From NCBI GenBank assembly GCA_963848295.1, contig CAWKDB010000010.1:2112001-2176000 (forward strand): a stretch of DNA of 64,000 bases. Direction: 5' to 3'. This document shows positions 34,288 through 44,182 of the stretch, piece by piece. Below the pieces are notes generated by a model. That model saw only the letters and a list, made by a program, of their open reading frames with translations. It was not told where the DNA came from and searched no databases. Each line of letters begins with the position of its first letter. The first letter of the stretch is position 1. This stretch comes from an uncultured delta proteobacterium. Its GTDB lineage: Bacteria > Myxococcota_A > Polyangia > Haliangiales > Haliangiaceae. A program made the translations under genes and the position numbers.

Positions 34288-35526
34288 CTACTCGGCGTGC
34301 AGCGCCTGGATCGGATCGAGTCGGGCCGCGCGCATAGCCGGGTACAAGCCCGACGCCACGCCGACGACGATCGACACCCCGAGCGAGAGCGCGATCGACC
34401 AGGTCGTGACCACGGTCGGCCAGTTCGCGTAGGCCGCCACACCGCGACCGAGCGCCACGCCGAGCGCGACGCCGAGCAAGCCGCCGAGCATCGCGAGCGA
34501 GAACGCGGTGACCAGGAACTGAAAGCGAATGTCCGAACGGCGCGCGCCGACCGCGCGACGCACGCCGATCTCGCGCGTTTGCTCGAGCACCGACGCGAGC
34601 ATGATGTTCATGATCCCGATGCCGCCGACGAGCAGCGAGATGCCGGCGATCAGCCCCATCACGAGGTTGAACAGCTGCTGGGTCTGCTTGCTGTGCTCGA
34701 GCAACGCATCGGGCACGACGATGTCGTAGTCGCGCGCGCCGCCGTGCAGGTGATCGAGCAGCGTGCCGACGACCGCGCCGGTCTCGCGCGCCGGCGCTTG
34801 CGGCTCGAGCCGCACGACGATCTCCGACAGCGGAGACTTCAGCGGATCGTGATCGAGCTTGCGCAGCGCGGTCGTGAACGGCATGTAGATCTCGTGGTCG
34901 GTCGACGACACCGCCACGCCCTGCACCTCCGTCACCGGGTTCGCTTCGGCGACGAGCACGCCGATGACCTCGCACCACACGTCGTTGATCTTGAGATCCT
35001 TACCGATCGCAGGGTCGACGCCGAACAGATCGCGGCGCACGCCGGCGCCGATCACGCACACCTGGCCATGGTCGCGCTCGTCGGCGACATCGATGAACCG
35101 CCCCTCGGCGAGCGAGAACGGGGTGACCTCGCGATGGCGATGGCCGACGCCGTAGACCTGCGCGGTCGTCTTGCCCCCGGCCGACAGGATCTTGTACGGC
35201 TCGACCTCGACGCGCGGTGCGGCGAACACGACGCCCGGCACCGCCTCTTCGATCGCTTCGATGTCGCGCTGGGACAGTCCGATCGACTTCTTGCGGATCT
35301 CCTTCAGCTCCTCCGGCTTGAACGTCTTCGATCGGATCACGACGTTGCGCGTGCCGAGCTTGTCGATCAACGCGAGCGCTTGCTTCTCGGCACCGGCGCC
35401 GATCGAGAGCATCGCGATCACGGCGCCGACGCCGAACATCATGCCGAGCATCGTCAGCGTCGTGCGCAGCTTGTGCTCGCCGAGGCTGCCGAACGCGGTC
35501 GCGAACGCGTCGAGGATTCGCCTCAT
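34288..35526 (-). CDS. MacB/FtsX-type ABC permease
   Basis: KLRTTLTMLGMMFGV, GGIGIMNIMLASV-x-E-x-TREIG and YPA-x-RAARLDPIQAL motifs. Confidence 0.93.
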   Translation of the reverse strand: MRRILDAFATAFGSLGEHKLRTTLTMLGMMFGVGAVIAMLSIGAGAEKQALALIDKLGTRNVVIRSKTFKPEELKEIRKKSIGLSQRDIEAIEEAVPGVVFAAPRVEVEPYKILSAGGKTTAQVYGVGHRHREVTPFSLAEGRFIDVADERDHGQVCVIGAGVRRDLFGVDPAIGKDLKINDVWCEVIGVLVAEANPVTEVQGVAVSSTDHEIYMPFTTALRKLDHDPLKSPLSEIVVRLEPQAPARETGAVVGTLLDHLHGGARDYDIVVPDALLEHSKQTQQLFNLVMGLIAGISLLVGGIGIMNIMLASVLEQTREIGVRRAVGARRSDIRFQFLVTAFSLAMLGGLLGVALGVALGRGVAAYANWPTVVTTWSIALSLGVSIVVGVASGLYPAMRAARLDPIQALHAE

Positions 35527-36788
35527 GGCTTGAGCTCTTTCGTCGCCGAGCCAGCGCTGCCGAGCGCGTCGAGGGTCTCGGTCGGGTCGCGCAACGCGAT
35601 GTCGTCGCCGTCGTGCAGCCCGCTCTTGATCACGACCCGGCCGGCGGTCGCGGCGCCGATCTCGACGGTCACCGGCTCGAACCCGGTCGCGGTCTTGCGA
35701 TAGACGATCGTCTTCGAGTCCTTGTCGAACACCGCCTGGCGCGGCACGACGAGCGCATCCTCCTGATCGAGCACGAGCGTCGCCGACACGCGTTGCCCCG
35801 GCTTCATCACGTCGCGATCGGTCTTGTCGAGCGCGATCGTCACCGCGAAGTACTGCACCGGCGATCCGTTCTGGCGCGGCTGCGCGAGCTTGTCGACCAG
35901 CTTGATCTTGCCGTGGAACGTCAACTCGGGGTGCGCTTCGACGACGACGTCGGCCGGCTGCTTCTCGGTCAAGCCGCTGCCGTCGACCTCGAGCACGTAG
36001 ACGACCGCCTCCATCTGGTCGAGCAGCGGGATCTCGGCGACGTTCTGTCCCGGCATGATCTGCTGGCCGACCTTGCGGAGGTGGCCCTGCCAATCGCGCG
36101 CGATCACGAAGATGCCGTCGTTCGGTGCGGTGACCTGCATGCTCGCGAGCGCCTTGTTCGCGTGGTCGATCGCGAGCTGCGCCTTCTGCTTGTCGACGAT
36201 GATGACCGCGGCGTTCGAGGTCGTGCTGCGCTTCTCGAGGCGCTCGGTCTGGGTCGCGTGTTGCTCCTTCGCGTCGGCGAGCTTCGCGTCGACCTCGGCT
36301 TCGATGATCTGATTGCGGGAGAAGATCGTCTTGTCCTTCGCTTGGAACCGCTTGGTCTGCTCGAGCTCGACCGTCGCGAGATCGGCATCGGCCTCGCTGT
36401 CGGCGACCGCGGCGCGCGACTTGACCGCCTCTTCGGCGAGCCGCGCGTCCGCCGATTCGAGATCGCTCGTGCCGTCGATCAAGCGTTTCTGCGAATCGCT
36501 CGGATCGAACTTCACGACGACATCGCCTTGCTTGACGGTCGTGCCATCGGGAGCGAGCCACGCGATCTTCATCGGCCCGAACGGGCCGCCTTGGCGCGGC
36601 GCGCTGAGCTCGGCCGACTTGACCGCTTTCAGGTTGCCGTCGGCGGTGACGTGGCGAACGAACTTCTGCTTCCTCACCGTGTAGGTCGCGACCGACGGGC
36701 TCGCCGCGGCGTGGCCGCGAAACCCGAGCACGTAGCCGCCGACGCCGAGCGCCGCGAGCACGACGACGGTGATCGCGACCTTCGTCAC
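35523..36788 (-). CDS. Periplasmic adaptor (membrane fusion) protein 3
   Basis: Lipoyl-like halves (DGTTVKQGD and TAP-x-DG) flank a long coiled coil; KPG and GLHDGD motifs. Confidence 0.88.
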   Translation of the reverse strand: MTKVAITVVVLAALGVGGYVLGFRGHAAASPSVATYTVRKQKFVRHVTADGNLKAVKSAELSAPRQGGPFGPMKIAWLAPDGTTVKQGDVVVKFDPSDSQKRLIDGTSDLESADARLAEEAVKSRAAVADSEADADLATVELEQTKRFQAKDKTIFSRNQIIEAEVDAKLADAKEQHATQTERLEKRSTTSNAAVIIVDKQKAQLAIDHANKALASMQVTAPNDGIFVIARDWQGHLRKVGQQIMPGQNVAEIPLLDQMEAVVYVLEVDGSGLTEKQPADVVVEAHPELTFHGKIKLVDKLAQPRQNGSPVQYFAVTIALDKTDRDVMKPGQRVSATLVLDQEDALVVPRQAVFDKDSKTIVYRKTATGFEPVTVEIGAATAGRVVIKSGLHDGDDIALRDPTETLDALGSAGSATKELKP

Positions 36789-37963
36789 GGCGCCGGCTCC
36801 GCCCGCGACACGCGATCGCCCGGCTCGAGGCCCTTGACGACCTCGATCTCCGTCGTCGATCGCTTGCCGAGCTCGAGCTTGACGCGCTCGAGGCCGCTGC
36901 CGCGCTGCCGATAAGCGATCGGCCCATCGGGTTTGACGAACACGGCGTCGACCGGCACGACGATCACGTGCGCTCGCTTCTCGGTCTCGACCTCGCCGCG
37001 AAAGCGCATCCCCGGCCGCAGCGGCACCGTCGTCTTCGCGAGCGCGAGCTTGAGCTTGACGACCTTGCTCGGGTCCACGTCGGACTTCGGCTCGACGCTC
37101 TTCGCGATCGACTGGACCGTCCCGGTGAGCTGGACATCGGGCTGCGCGTCGAGGCGCAGCGTGATCGGTTGACCGGGCGCGATCCGCGCGATGTCGACCT
37201 CGTCGACGACGCCATCACCGACCATCGCACCGAGGCCGACGATCTGCATGATGTCTTCCATCTTCCACACGCTGTCGCCGACCTTGTGCTTCTCGCCGCG
37301 CCAGTTCACCGGCATCACGATCGTGCCGGCGCGCGGCGCGGTGACTTGCATCGCCTCGATGTTCTTCTGCAGCTCCTCGACCCGGTGCTTCGCGTACGCG
37401 GCATGGTCGGTCAGGCGTTCGAGCTCTTGTTCGTCGGACCGCTTCGATTCCGCCGCGTGGTTCTTCGCACCCGCGAGCACGAGCTTCGCGTTGTCCTCGT
37501 CGAGCTTGAGCGTCTTCAAGTCGACACTCGCTACCAGATCCGGCGTGCCCTGCGCCTTGAGCGATGCCTTGCGCAGCGCCGCTTCGGCTTCGGCGACCTT
37601 GAGCTCGTCCTCGCGCCGAGCGAGCGCGGCATCGACGCGTTTCTTTTCGAGCTTCTTCTGCGCCGCATCGGACTCGTTCTTCATGGTCTCGAGCTCGCGG
37701 ATCTGGTCCGACGGGTCGAAGGCGATCACCGGGTCGCCGGCTTTGACGTCGTCGCCCTCGGTCGCAAGGTTCGCGATCTTGAAGTTCCACACGCCGGGCA
37801 GCGGCGGCGGCTTGATGTCGGTCGAGTCGACCGCGGCGAGCACGCCGGTGACCTCGACGCCGATCACGAGATCGTCGCGCTTGACGTCGGCGAACTGCCT
37901 GTCGGTCGCGCCATGCGAGCACGCCGCGAGCAACCCGACGAGCAGCGCGCTCGCGCGCGTCAC
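36785..37963 (-). CDS. Periplasmic adaptor (membrane fusion) lipoprotein 2
   Basis: Lipobox LAAC; EGDDVKAGD, TAPRAG, LRPGM and GLEPGD motifs. Confidence 0.88.
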   Translation of the reverse strand: MTRASALLVGLLAACSHGATDRQFADVKRDDLVIGVEVTGVLAAVDSTDIKPPPLPGVWNFKIANLATEGDDVKAGDPVIAFDPSDQIRELETMKNESDAAQKKLEKKRVDAALARREDELKVAEAEAALRKASLKAQGTPDLVASVDLKTLKLDEDNAKLVLAGAKNHAAESKRSDEQELERLTDHAAYAKHRVEELQKNIEAMQVTAPRAGTIVMPVNWRGEKHKVGDSVWKMEDIMQIVGLGAMVGDGVVDEVDIARIAPGQPITLRLDAQPDVQLTGTVQSIAKSVEPKSDVDPSKVVKLKLALAKTTVPLRPGMRFRGEVETEKRAHVIVVPVDAVFVKPDGPIAYRQRGSGLERVKLELGKRSTTEIEVVKGLEPGDRVSRAEPAP

Positions 37964-39138
37964 GTGCCGTCTCCGATCACGACGACATCGCCGACGACCA
38001 GACCCTTGTCGACCGCGCATGCCTGCGCATCGCACGGGCCGAGCGTCACGTCGCGCACCGTGCTGTTCGCGAGCCGCACGGTCGTTTGCTTGCCCCACGT
38101 CACCGCGCCGCGCGGCACGAGCACGACGTTCTCGAGCCCCGGCCGGCGCAGCTCGACCTTCACCGACATTCCGGGGCGCAGCCGCGAATCGGGCTTGCCG
38201 AGCGCGAGCTCGACCGAGAACGCGCGGCGCAGCGATTGCTCGCCCTTCGTCCGCGCGACCGGCGTGAGCTGGTTGACCGTGCATGCGAACGGCTCGGCCG
38301 GGTACGCGTCGAGCGTGCACGTGCCGGTCATCCCGACGTTGACCCGGCCATCGTCGACGTCCGACAGCTCGGAGTGGACCTCCATGTTCGCGCCGAGGTC
38401 CGGCATCGTGACGATCGGCCAGCCCGGCTGCACGGTATCGCCGACGTGGTACTTGCGGCCCTCCCACGGGTGGGTGTCGATCACGATCACGCCGTCGCGC
38501 GGCGCCTTGAGCTCGAGCGCGTCGATCACCGTGGCGGCGAGATCGATCGCGCGCTTGGCCTTGTCCTGATCGATCTGCTTCACGCGGAGATCGAGCTCGG
38601 CGGCTTGCTTCTGCGCCGCGAGGTCTGCCTTCGCCTTCTCGACCGCGACCGCGGTGCGCTTCTCCTCGAGCTGACGATCCTGAGCTTCGCGCGCGGCGAG
38701 CAGATCGGCCGGGACGTCGGCGCGGACCTTCGCTTTGTCGTAGGCGACCTGCGCTTGCGCGAGCGCGTTCGCCTTGTTCTCGGTCTCCATCGCCGAGACG
38801 TCGCGGGCGGTCTGCAGCGTCATCGCGGCCTCGAGCCAGGTCAGATGCTTCTGCTCGAGGTCGGCGGTCACCGCGGAGTTGTCGAACGCGAGCACGCGAT
38901 CGCCCGCCTTGACCTCCGCGCCGTCCTCGGCCATCCAGCGAATCGCGAGCTCCCACGTCGCGGTGGTCCGCGGCACGCTGAGCTCGACCGCGACGACCGC
39001 GCGGAGCTCGCCGGTCAGCAACACGCGGTCCGAGATCGAGCCGCTCGTCACCGCCTGCGTTCGAGTCGCCGCCGCGCCGTGCTTCGCCGGCGCGCGATAG
39101 CACGCCGCGATCGCGAGCGCGACCACCGCGTACCTCAC
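37960..39138 (-). CDS. Periplasmic adaptor (membrane fusion) lipoprotein 1
   Basis: Lipobox IAAC; DGAEVKAGD, KAPRDG and LRPGMS motifs. Confidence 0.88.
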   Translation of the reverse strand: MRYAVVALAIAACYRAPAKHGAAATRTQAVTSGSISDRVLLTGELRAVVAVELSVPRTTATWELAIRWMAEDGAEVKAGDRVLAFDNSAVTADLEQKHLTWLEAAMTLQTARDVSAMETENKANALAQAQVAYDKAKVRADVPADLLAAREAQDRQLEEKRTAVAVEKAKADLAAQKQAAELDLRVKQIDQDKAKRAIDLAATVIDALELKAPRDGVIVIDTHPWEGRKYHVGDTVQPGWPIVTMPDLGANMEVHSELSDVDDGRVNVGMTGTCTLDAYPAEPFACTVNQLTPVARTKGEQSLRRAFSVELALGKPDSRLRPGMSVKVELRRPGLENVVLVPRGAVTWGKQTTVRLANSTVRDVTLGPCDAQACAVDKGLVVGDVVVIGDGT

Positions 39139-39830
39139 GCCGCCGCCTGCTTGCGCTGATCCGACGTGACCTTGCCGTCGAGGACCCGGATCGCCCGCGG
39201 GCAGCGCGCCGCGATCTCGGGCTCGTGGGTGACGATGATGATCGTGTTGCCCTCGGCGTGCAGTTGATGAAACAACGCCATGATGTCCTCGGTCGTTGCC
39301 GAGTCGAGGTTGCCGGTCGGCTCGTCGCACAACAGCAGCGACGGCTCGGTGACGAGCGCTCGCGCGATCGCGGTGCGCTGGCGCTGGCCACCCGAGAGCT
39401 GAAATGGGCGATGGCGCATGCGTTGGCCGAGCCCGACGCGGGTCAAGGCCGCGGCCGCGCGCCGGTCGCGTTCGCGCGCCGGGATGCCGCGATAGACGAG
39501 CGGCAGCGCCACATTCTTCAGCGCGGTCGCGCGGTGCAGGAGCTGGAAGCTCTGGAACACGAAGCCGATCTGGCGATTGCGCACGCGCGCGCGATCGTCA
39601 TCGGACAAGCTCTGGACATCCGCGCCGTCGAGCCGGTACTCGCCCGCCGATGGCGTATCGAGACAGCCGAGGATGTTGAGCAGCGTCGACTTGCCCGAGC
39701 CCGACGAGCCGACGATCGCGACCATCTCGCCGCGATCGATCGCGAACGACACGCCGTCGAGCGCCGCGATTCGCTCGTCGCCCATCGTGTAGTAGCGGGC
39801 GATGTCTACGAGCTCGATCAGGGCCGCCAT
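39135..39830 (-). CDS. MacB/LolD-type ABC ATP-binding protein
   Basis: GSSGSGKST, IGFVFQSF, LSGGQRQR and DEPTGNLD motifs. Confidence 0.95.
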   Translation of the reverse strand: MAALIELVDIARYYTMGDERIAALDGVSFAIDRGEMVAIVGSSGSGKSTLLNILGCLDTPSAGEYRLDGADVQSLSDDDRARVRNRQIGFVFQSFQLLHRATALKNVALPLVYRGIPARERDRRAAAALTRVGLGQRMRHRPFQLSGGQRQRTAIARALVTEPSLLLCDEPTGNLDSATTEDIMALFHQLHAEGNTIIIVTHEPEIAARCPRAIRVLDGKVTSDQRKQAAA

Positions 39831-39862
39831 CGGCGTCGCAAAGGTACACCGGGGTCGACGGG

Positions 39863-39908
39863 ACCGCATCGCCATTCGGCGGCGCCGCGCGCCCGGCAAG
39901 CCCCGGCC
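39863..39908. repeat. Double-hairpin REP-like element copy
   Basis: ACCGCATCGCCATTCGGCGGCGCCGCGCGCCCGGCAAGCCCCGGCC aligns with 56718-56765. Confidence 0.55.
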
Positions 39909-40197
39909 GTCGAGGGTCAGAGAGCAGGTCGCCAGCGCGCACATCGCGCTATACCGACGTCGAGGCGCGAACATTCGCCCAAGCGCCGCCCGCGATCAGC
40001 TTCCGGCCAGGACTGATCAGCCACTGTCAGAACTCGAACGAGTCGCTGAACGCCCCGCCATCGTCGCTCGAAGCATGTTGGCGGTTCATGCGCTGATGCT
40101 GACCAATCCCTGAGGGATCATCGAGGGAATCTCGTCCGCGCGTGGCCGCGGCGATGCGCTCGTCGGCGGCCGCGCCGCGGGTCGCGACCGGGTCGCG

Positions 40198-40467
40198 GTG
40201 TTCCGCGATCTCCGTGGCATCGGCGATGCGATCGCGCTCGATCTCGCGCCCGACACCACGAGCGCCAAGCTGCGCGGCGTGCTGCACGATGCCCGCGCCG
40301 CCGGATGTTCAGGCGTCGCGATCGTCGCGCGCGGGCCGAGCTATCCATGGCCGCGAAGAGTCTACTGGCTCGCTACTGGCGCGGAGCCCGGCGGCGGCGA
40401 CTCGCTCCAGCAGTGGCTGCGCGCGCTCGACCGCGACGCCGGGTCGGCAACGATCGCGCGCGAGTAA
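40198..40467 (+). pseudogene. Possible 3' fragment of a hypothetical gene
   Basis: Protein-like composition, but no convincing start and the surrounding sequence is degenerate. Confidence 0.3.
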
Positions 40468-40520
40468 CGAGTCGAAGAAGTCGATCATGAAGATCGCAGG
40501 AGTGACGGCCGCCTAGATCG

Positions 40521-41161
40521 TCCGCGAAGCGCGCAGCGCTTCCCTTGCGCGCCGCGCAGGGCGCCGCACGGAGCGAAGCGGAGTGCGAGCGGCGGGACTC
40601 GCCACCCCGCGGGACTCGCGCCCGCATCGCGGGCGCGGGAACCCGCGCGGGCCAGAGAGTCCCGCGAAGCGCGCAGCGCTTCCCTTGCGCGCCGCGCAGG
40701 GCGCCGCACGGGGCGAAGCGGAGTGCGAGCGGCGGGACTCGCCACCCCGCGGGACCCGCGCCCGCATCGCGGGCGCGGGAACCCGCGCGGGCCAGAGAGT
40801 CCCGCGAAGCGCGCAGCGCTTCCCTTGCGCGCCGCGCAGGGCGCCGCACGGAGCGAAGCGGAGTGCGAGCGGCGGGACTCGCCACCCCGCGGGACTCGCG
40901 CCCGCATCGCGGGCGCGGGAACCCGCGCGGGCCAGAGAGTCCCGCGAAGCGCGCAGCGCTTCCCTTGCGCGCCGCGCAGGGCGCCGCACGGAGCGAAGCG
41001 GAGTGCGAGCGGCGGGACTCGCCACCCCGCGGGACTCGCGCCCGCATCGCGGGCGCGGGAACCCGCGCGGGCCAGAGAGTCCCGCGAAGCGCGCAGCGCT
41101 TCCCTTGCGCGCCGCGCAGGGCGCCGCACGGAGCGAAGCGGAGTGCGAGCGGCGGGACTCG
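40521..41161 (-). repeat. tRNA-linked tandem repeat, 140-bp unit, about 4.6 copies
   Basis: Units start at 40521, 40661, 40801, 40941 and 41081 and are nearly identical. Each contains TGCGAGCGGCGGGACTCG, the reverse complement of the tRNA 3' end. Confidence 0.97.
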
Positions 41162-41225
41162 AACCCGCACGCGGTTAAGCGCTGCCACCTAAAGACAGTG
41201 TGTCTACCAATTCCACCACGCTCGC
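41144..41225 (-). tRNA. tRNA-Leu (anticodon TAG), CCA not encoded
   Basis: Acceptor stem GCGAGCG/CGCTCGC plus discriminator A; D-loop GGAATTGGTAGAC; anticodon arm CTGTC-TTTAGGT-GGCAG; long variable arm; T arm GCGGG-TTCGAGT-CCCGC. Confidence 0.97.
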
Positions 41226-41302
41226 GACATCGCACATATAACACGGCGCCGATTCTTCCCGCCTGGCGCGTGAGCTTCGCGTGAACCGAATCGCGCGCTG
41301 GC

Positions 41303-42917
41303 ATGCTCGACCTGATGATGGGAGCTGTGGGGGATCCCAGGGGCTCGCGCCGAATGATCCGGCGGTCGTGGAACGCCGCGGCGACCGACGAGGAGTCGCG
41401 TCTCGAGCTCAAGGACCGGCTCACCGCATTCTCGAAGCTGGTGTTCTGGGCGTTCGCGGCCCTGATCGCATTTCAAGTCCCGCTGTACTACGCGTTCCCC
41501 GAGATCCGGCCGGCTCGGCAGTCGACGGTGTACGTCGTCGCCGCCTGCGCGCTCGCCCTGCTCGCGTTCTTCTGGCGCGGGATCTTGCTGCGCCGCGAGC
41601 TCAGCGTGCGCGCACTCGATGCGCTCGACGTGTTTTATATGACCGCGAGCGGCGCGACGTTCGGCGCGGTCGCATGGCTGACGCCGGATCGCCAACCCTC
41701 GCAATACACGTGCTTGATCTACGCGTGTCTCACGGTCTTGACCCGCGCGCTGCTCGTGCCGAGCACCGGCCTGCGGACCGCGATCGTCTCGAGCCTCGCC
41801 TTCGTGCCGATCGCGGCGACCGCGACCTACCTCGCGTTGACCCACCAAACTCACGAGCTCCCCGGCGCGGCGTTGCTCACCGGAGATCTGTTGTTCAACG
41901 CGTGCGCGGTGTCACTCGCGACCGTCGGGTCGCAAATCATCTACGGGTTGCGCCGCCAGGTTAGCCACGCGAAGCAGCTCGGGCAATACACGATCGATCG
42001 GATGATCGGCGAAGGCGGGATGGGCAAGGTCTACCGCGCGCACCACGTGCTGCTCCGCCGGCCGACCGCGATCAAGCTGATGCATCCGGGGCGCCGACCT
42101 CGAGCGGTTCGAGCGCGAGGTCCACTTGATGAGTCAGCTCACGCATCCGAACACCGTCGCGGTGTTCGACTACGGTCCCAGCCCCGACGGCGGCTTCTAC
42201 TATGCAATGGAATATCTCGGCGCCGGGATCAACCTGCGTCAGCTCGTCGAGCAATATGGCGCGCAGCCCGCGGGGCGCGTCGCGCACGTGCTCGGCCAAG
42301 TCTGCGGCGCGCTGCACGAAGCGCACGACACCGGGTTCATTCACCGCGACATCAAGCCGGCAAACATCATCTTGTGCGAACGCGGGCGGATGCCGGACGT
42401 CGCGAAGGTCGTCGACTTCGGGCTCGCGAAGTCGTTCACCGCCGACGACACGACGGCGCAAGTCATCCTCGGCACGCCGCACTTCATCGCGCCGGAGGTC
42501 GTCACCGATCCCGGCGCGATCGGCCCGTCGGTCGATCTCTATGCGCTCGGCTGCGTGGGCTACTACTTGCTGACCGGTCGCAACGTGTTCGTAGGCAAGA
42601 CGTCGGTTCACATCGTGACCCAGCACGTCAAGGACAAGCCGAAGCGCCCGAGCGAGGTGGCCGCCATTCCGATCGATCCCGCGCTCGAAGCGGTCATCAT
42701 GAAGTGCCTCGAGAAGCGCCCCTCGGATCGCTACGCGAGCGCCGCCGACCTCGCCGCCGTGCTCCGCGAGCTACCGCACACCGATGAGTGGAGCGACGCG
42801 CAGGCGAGCGACTGGTGGCGAGAGTTCCGGTCCAAGGCGCAGTCGCTGGCCCCGTCGAGCGACGAGTCGACGTTCACGATCAAGATCGACCTCGGCAAGC
42901 GCGCCGACACCGCGTGA
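41303..42917 (+). CDS. Multi-TM membrane-anchored Ser/Thr kinase, with a +1 frameshift at 42088-42091
   Basis: About 6 TMs, then IGEGGMG and AIK. Removing one G joins ADLERFERE...[11 protein letters not shown] and GTPHFIAPE. Confidence 0.87.
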
Positions 42918-42968
42918 GATTCGCGTGAACCTTCCTGTGGTCGGACCTTTCCGAGCTAGATCCACCGA

Positions 42969-43118
42969 GTGGCGCTCATCCTGCTCGGCGCGGTCATCCT
43001 GGTCGTCGCGATCGACGCGATCGGCCGACTCGACGAGCGCGGGCCACGGCGCCGGCGCGACGAGTCTGCGATCACGACTCAGAAGATCATCGTGGATGTA
43101 TCGAAGCGGCGGCATTGA
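42969..43118 (+). CDS. Possible 49-aa single-TM protein or gene remnant
   Basis: VALILLGAVILVVAIDAIG followed by a charged tail; below the ORF-track size cutoff. Confidence 0.3.
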   Translation: MALILLGAVILVVAIDAIGRLDERGPRRRRDESAITTQKIIVDVSKRRH

Positions 43119-43385
43119 CCATGTGACACGCGAGCAGGCCGTCCGACGATGTCGCCGCGACCATGCATCGGCGCTGCGCCTCCGACCACGATCCTTGTTC
43201 GCAGGCCGCTTCGACTTGGCTCGGCATTGCCTTCTGCGCGGTCGCGACCGCGGCGGCAAATTGCTCTCGCCTCGCGGGATCTACCGAGTCGAGGTCCGGT
43301 TGCGTCGGCTGAGCGAGATGCTTGCCGACCGCCGCGCAGCTGACATCGTCGGGCGAGCCTGGTGCGATCGCGGCACTCGTCGACG
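43087..43385 (-). pseudogene. C-terminal fragment of a Cys-patterned helical protein, lacking its N-terminus
   Basis: CAAVGKH...C-x4-WS-x5-C-x2-A-x8-C pattern; no signal peptide or clear start. Confidence 0.5.
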
Positions 43386-43386
43386 G

Positions 43387-43635
43387 GATCACGGGCAATT
43401 CGTCTGCGACGCGGCGATCGCGGGCATGGGGATCGCGATGCTGCCGGCGTTCGTCGGCGATCGAGCGGTCCGCGCCGGGACGCTCGTCGCGATCCTACCG
43501 AAGTTCTCGACCGAGCTGCCGCTCCACGTCTTGACCCACGGCGGCCGCCACCTGCCCCGTCGCGTCGCGATCGTGCGCGACTACCTCGCCGGCGCGCTCG
43601 GCGGACAGTGCCGCAAGCATCAGGCGGCGAGCTAG
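43387..43635 (+). pseudogene. 3' fragment of a LysR substrate-binding domain
   Basis: AAIAGMGIAMLPAFV...AGTLVAILP...LPRRVAIVRDYL; no HTH upstream. Confidence 0.75.
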
Positions 43636-43646
43636 GAGTCGCGCCG

Positions 43647-44097
43647 CTATCGGGACGAGGGAACCGTCGCGCGACGCCCGCGAGCGACGAGCGCGGCGAG
43701 CCCGACCACGACGAGCCGTGCCCCGCTGCCATTCGTCGTCGCACAACCGGCGGACGAGCCCGTCTCCGAAGGGCTCCCGGCATCCTCGGGCGTATCGACC
43801 CATCCGCGATCGAGGCCTCTGGGTAGTAGGAGCCTTCGTTCAGGGGCCTGCGTCTGGATAGTAGGAGCCTCCGTCTGGATAGTACGAGCCTCCGTCCGGG
43901 GCGCCGCGGTACTCGGCGTCGGGCCACGCGTCGTTCGTGTAGACATACGCGTCCGGCAGCCCACCGCCGTCGTTAGAGCCGTTGTGACAACCCGTGTCGT
44001 GGTCATGGCCGGCGTCCGGGCCCTCGATCTGGGTTCTCGTCGAGCTCGTTTGGTATTTGCAGCCTGCCAATAACAGGATGATGGTAAGGGTGCGCAT
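43647..44097 (-). CDS. Lipoprotein with GSYYP(D/E) repeats and MYXO-CTERM-like tail, split over three frames
   Basis: Lipobox LAGC. GGSYYPD x2 continues as EGSYYPE in a second frame, then AGCATT...LVVVGLAALVARGRR in the third. Confidence 0.6.
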
Positions 44098-44116
44098 GAG
44101 GTCCTCTAGGCCCTAC

Positions 44117-44172
44117 AGACGGCGCCGGAGGCCCGAAAAGAATTTTTCCCGCGACCGCGGGCGGCACCGTCT
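44117..44172. promoter_or_regulatory. Inverted repeat around an AT-rich core in a divergent promoter region
   Basis: AGACGGCGCCG (44117-44127) and CGGCACCGTCT (44162-44172), 1 mismatch; gives CGTCT on both strands. Confidence 0.5.
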
Positions 44173-44182
44173 AAGACTGGGC

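Noticed and set aside
40521..41161. CRISPR array
   Set aside because: Units are 140-bp near-identical tandem copies with no unique spacers, and no cas genes are present.
39840..41225. Prophage or integrative element at tRNA-Leu
   Set aside because: No integrase or phage genes, and I found no distant copy of the tRNA 3' end by eye.
40373..41424. Long repetitive ORFs across the tRNA repeats
   Set aside because: Stop-poor GC-rich repeats are open in several frames on both strands and overlap the tRNA.
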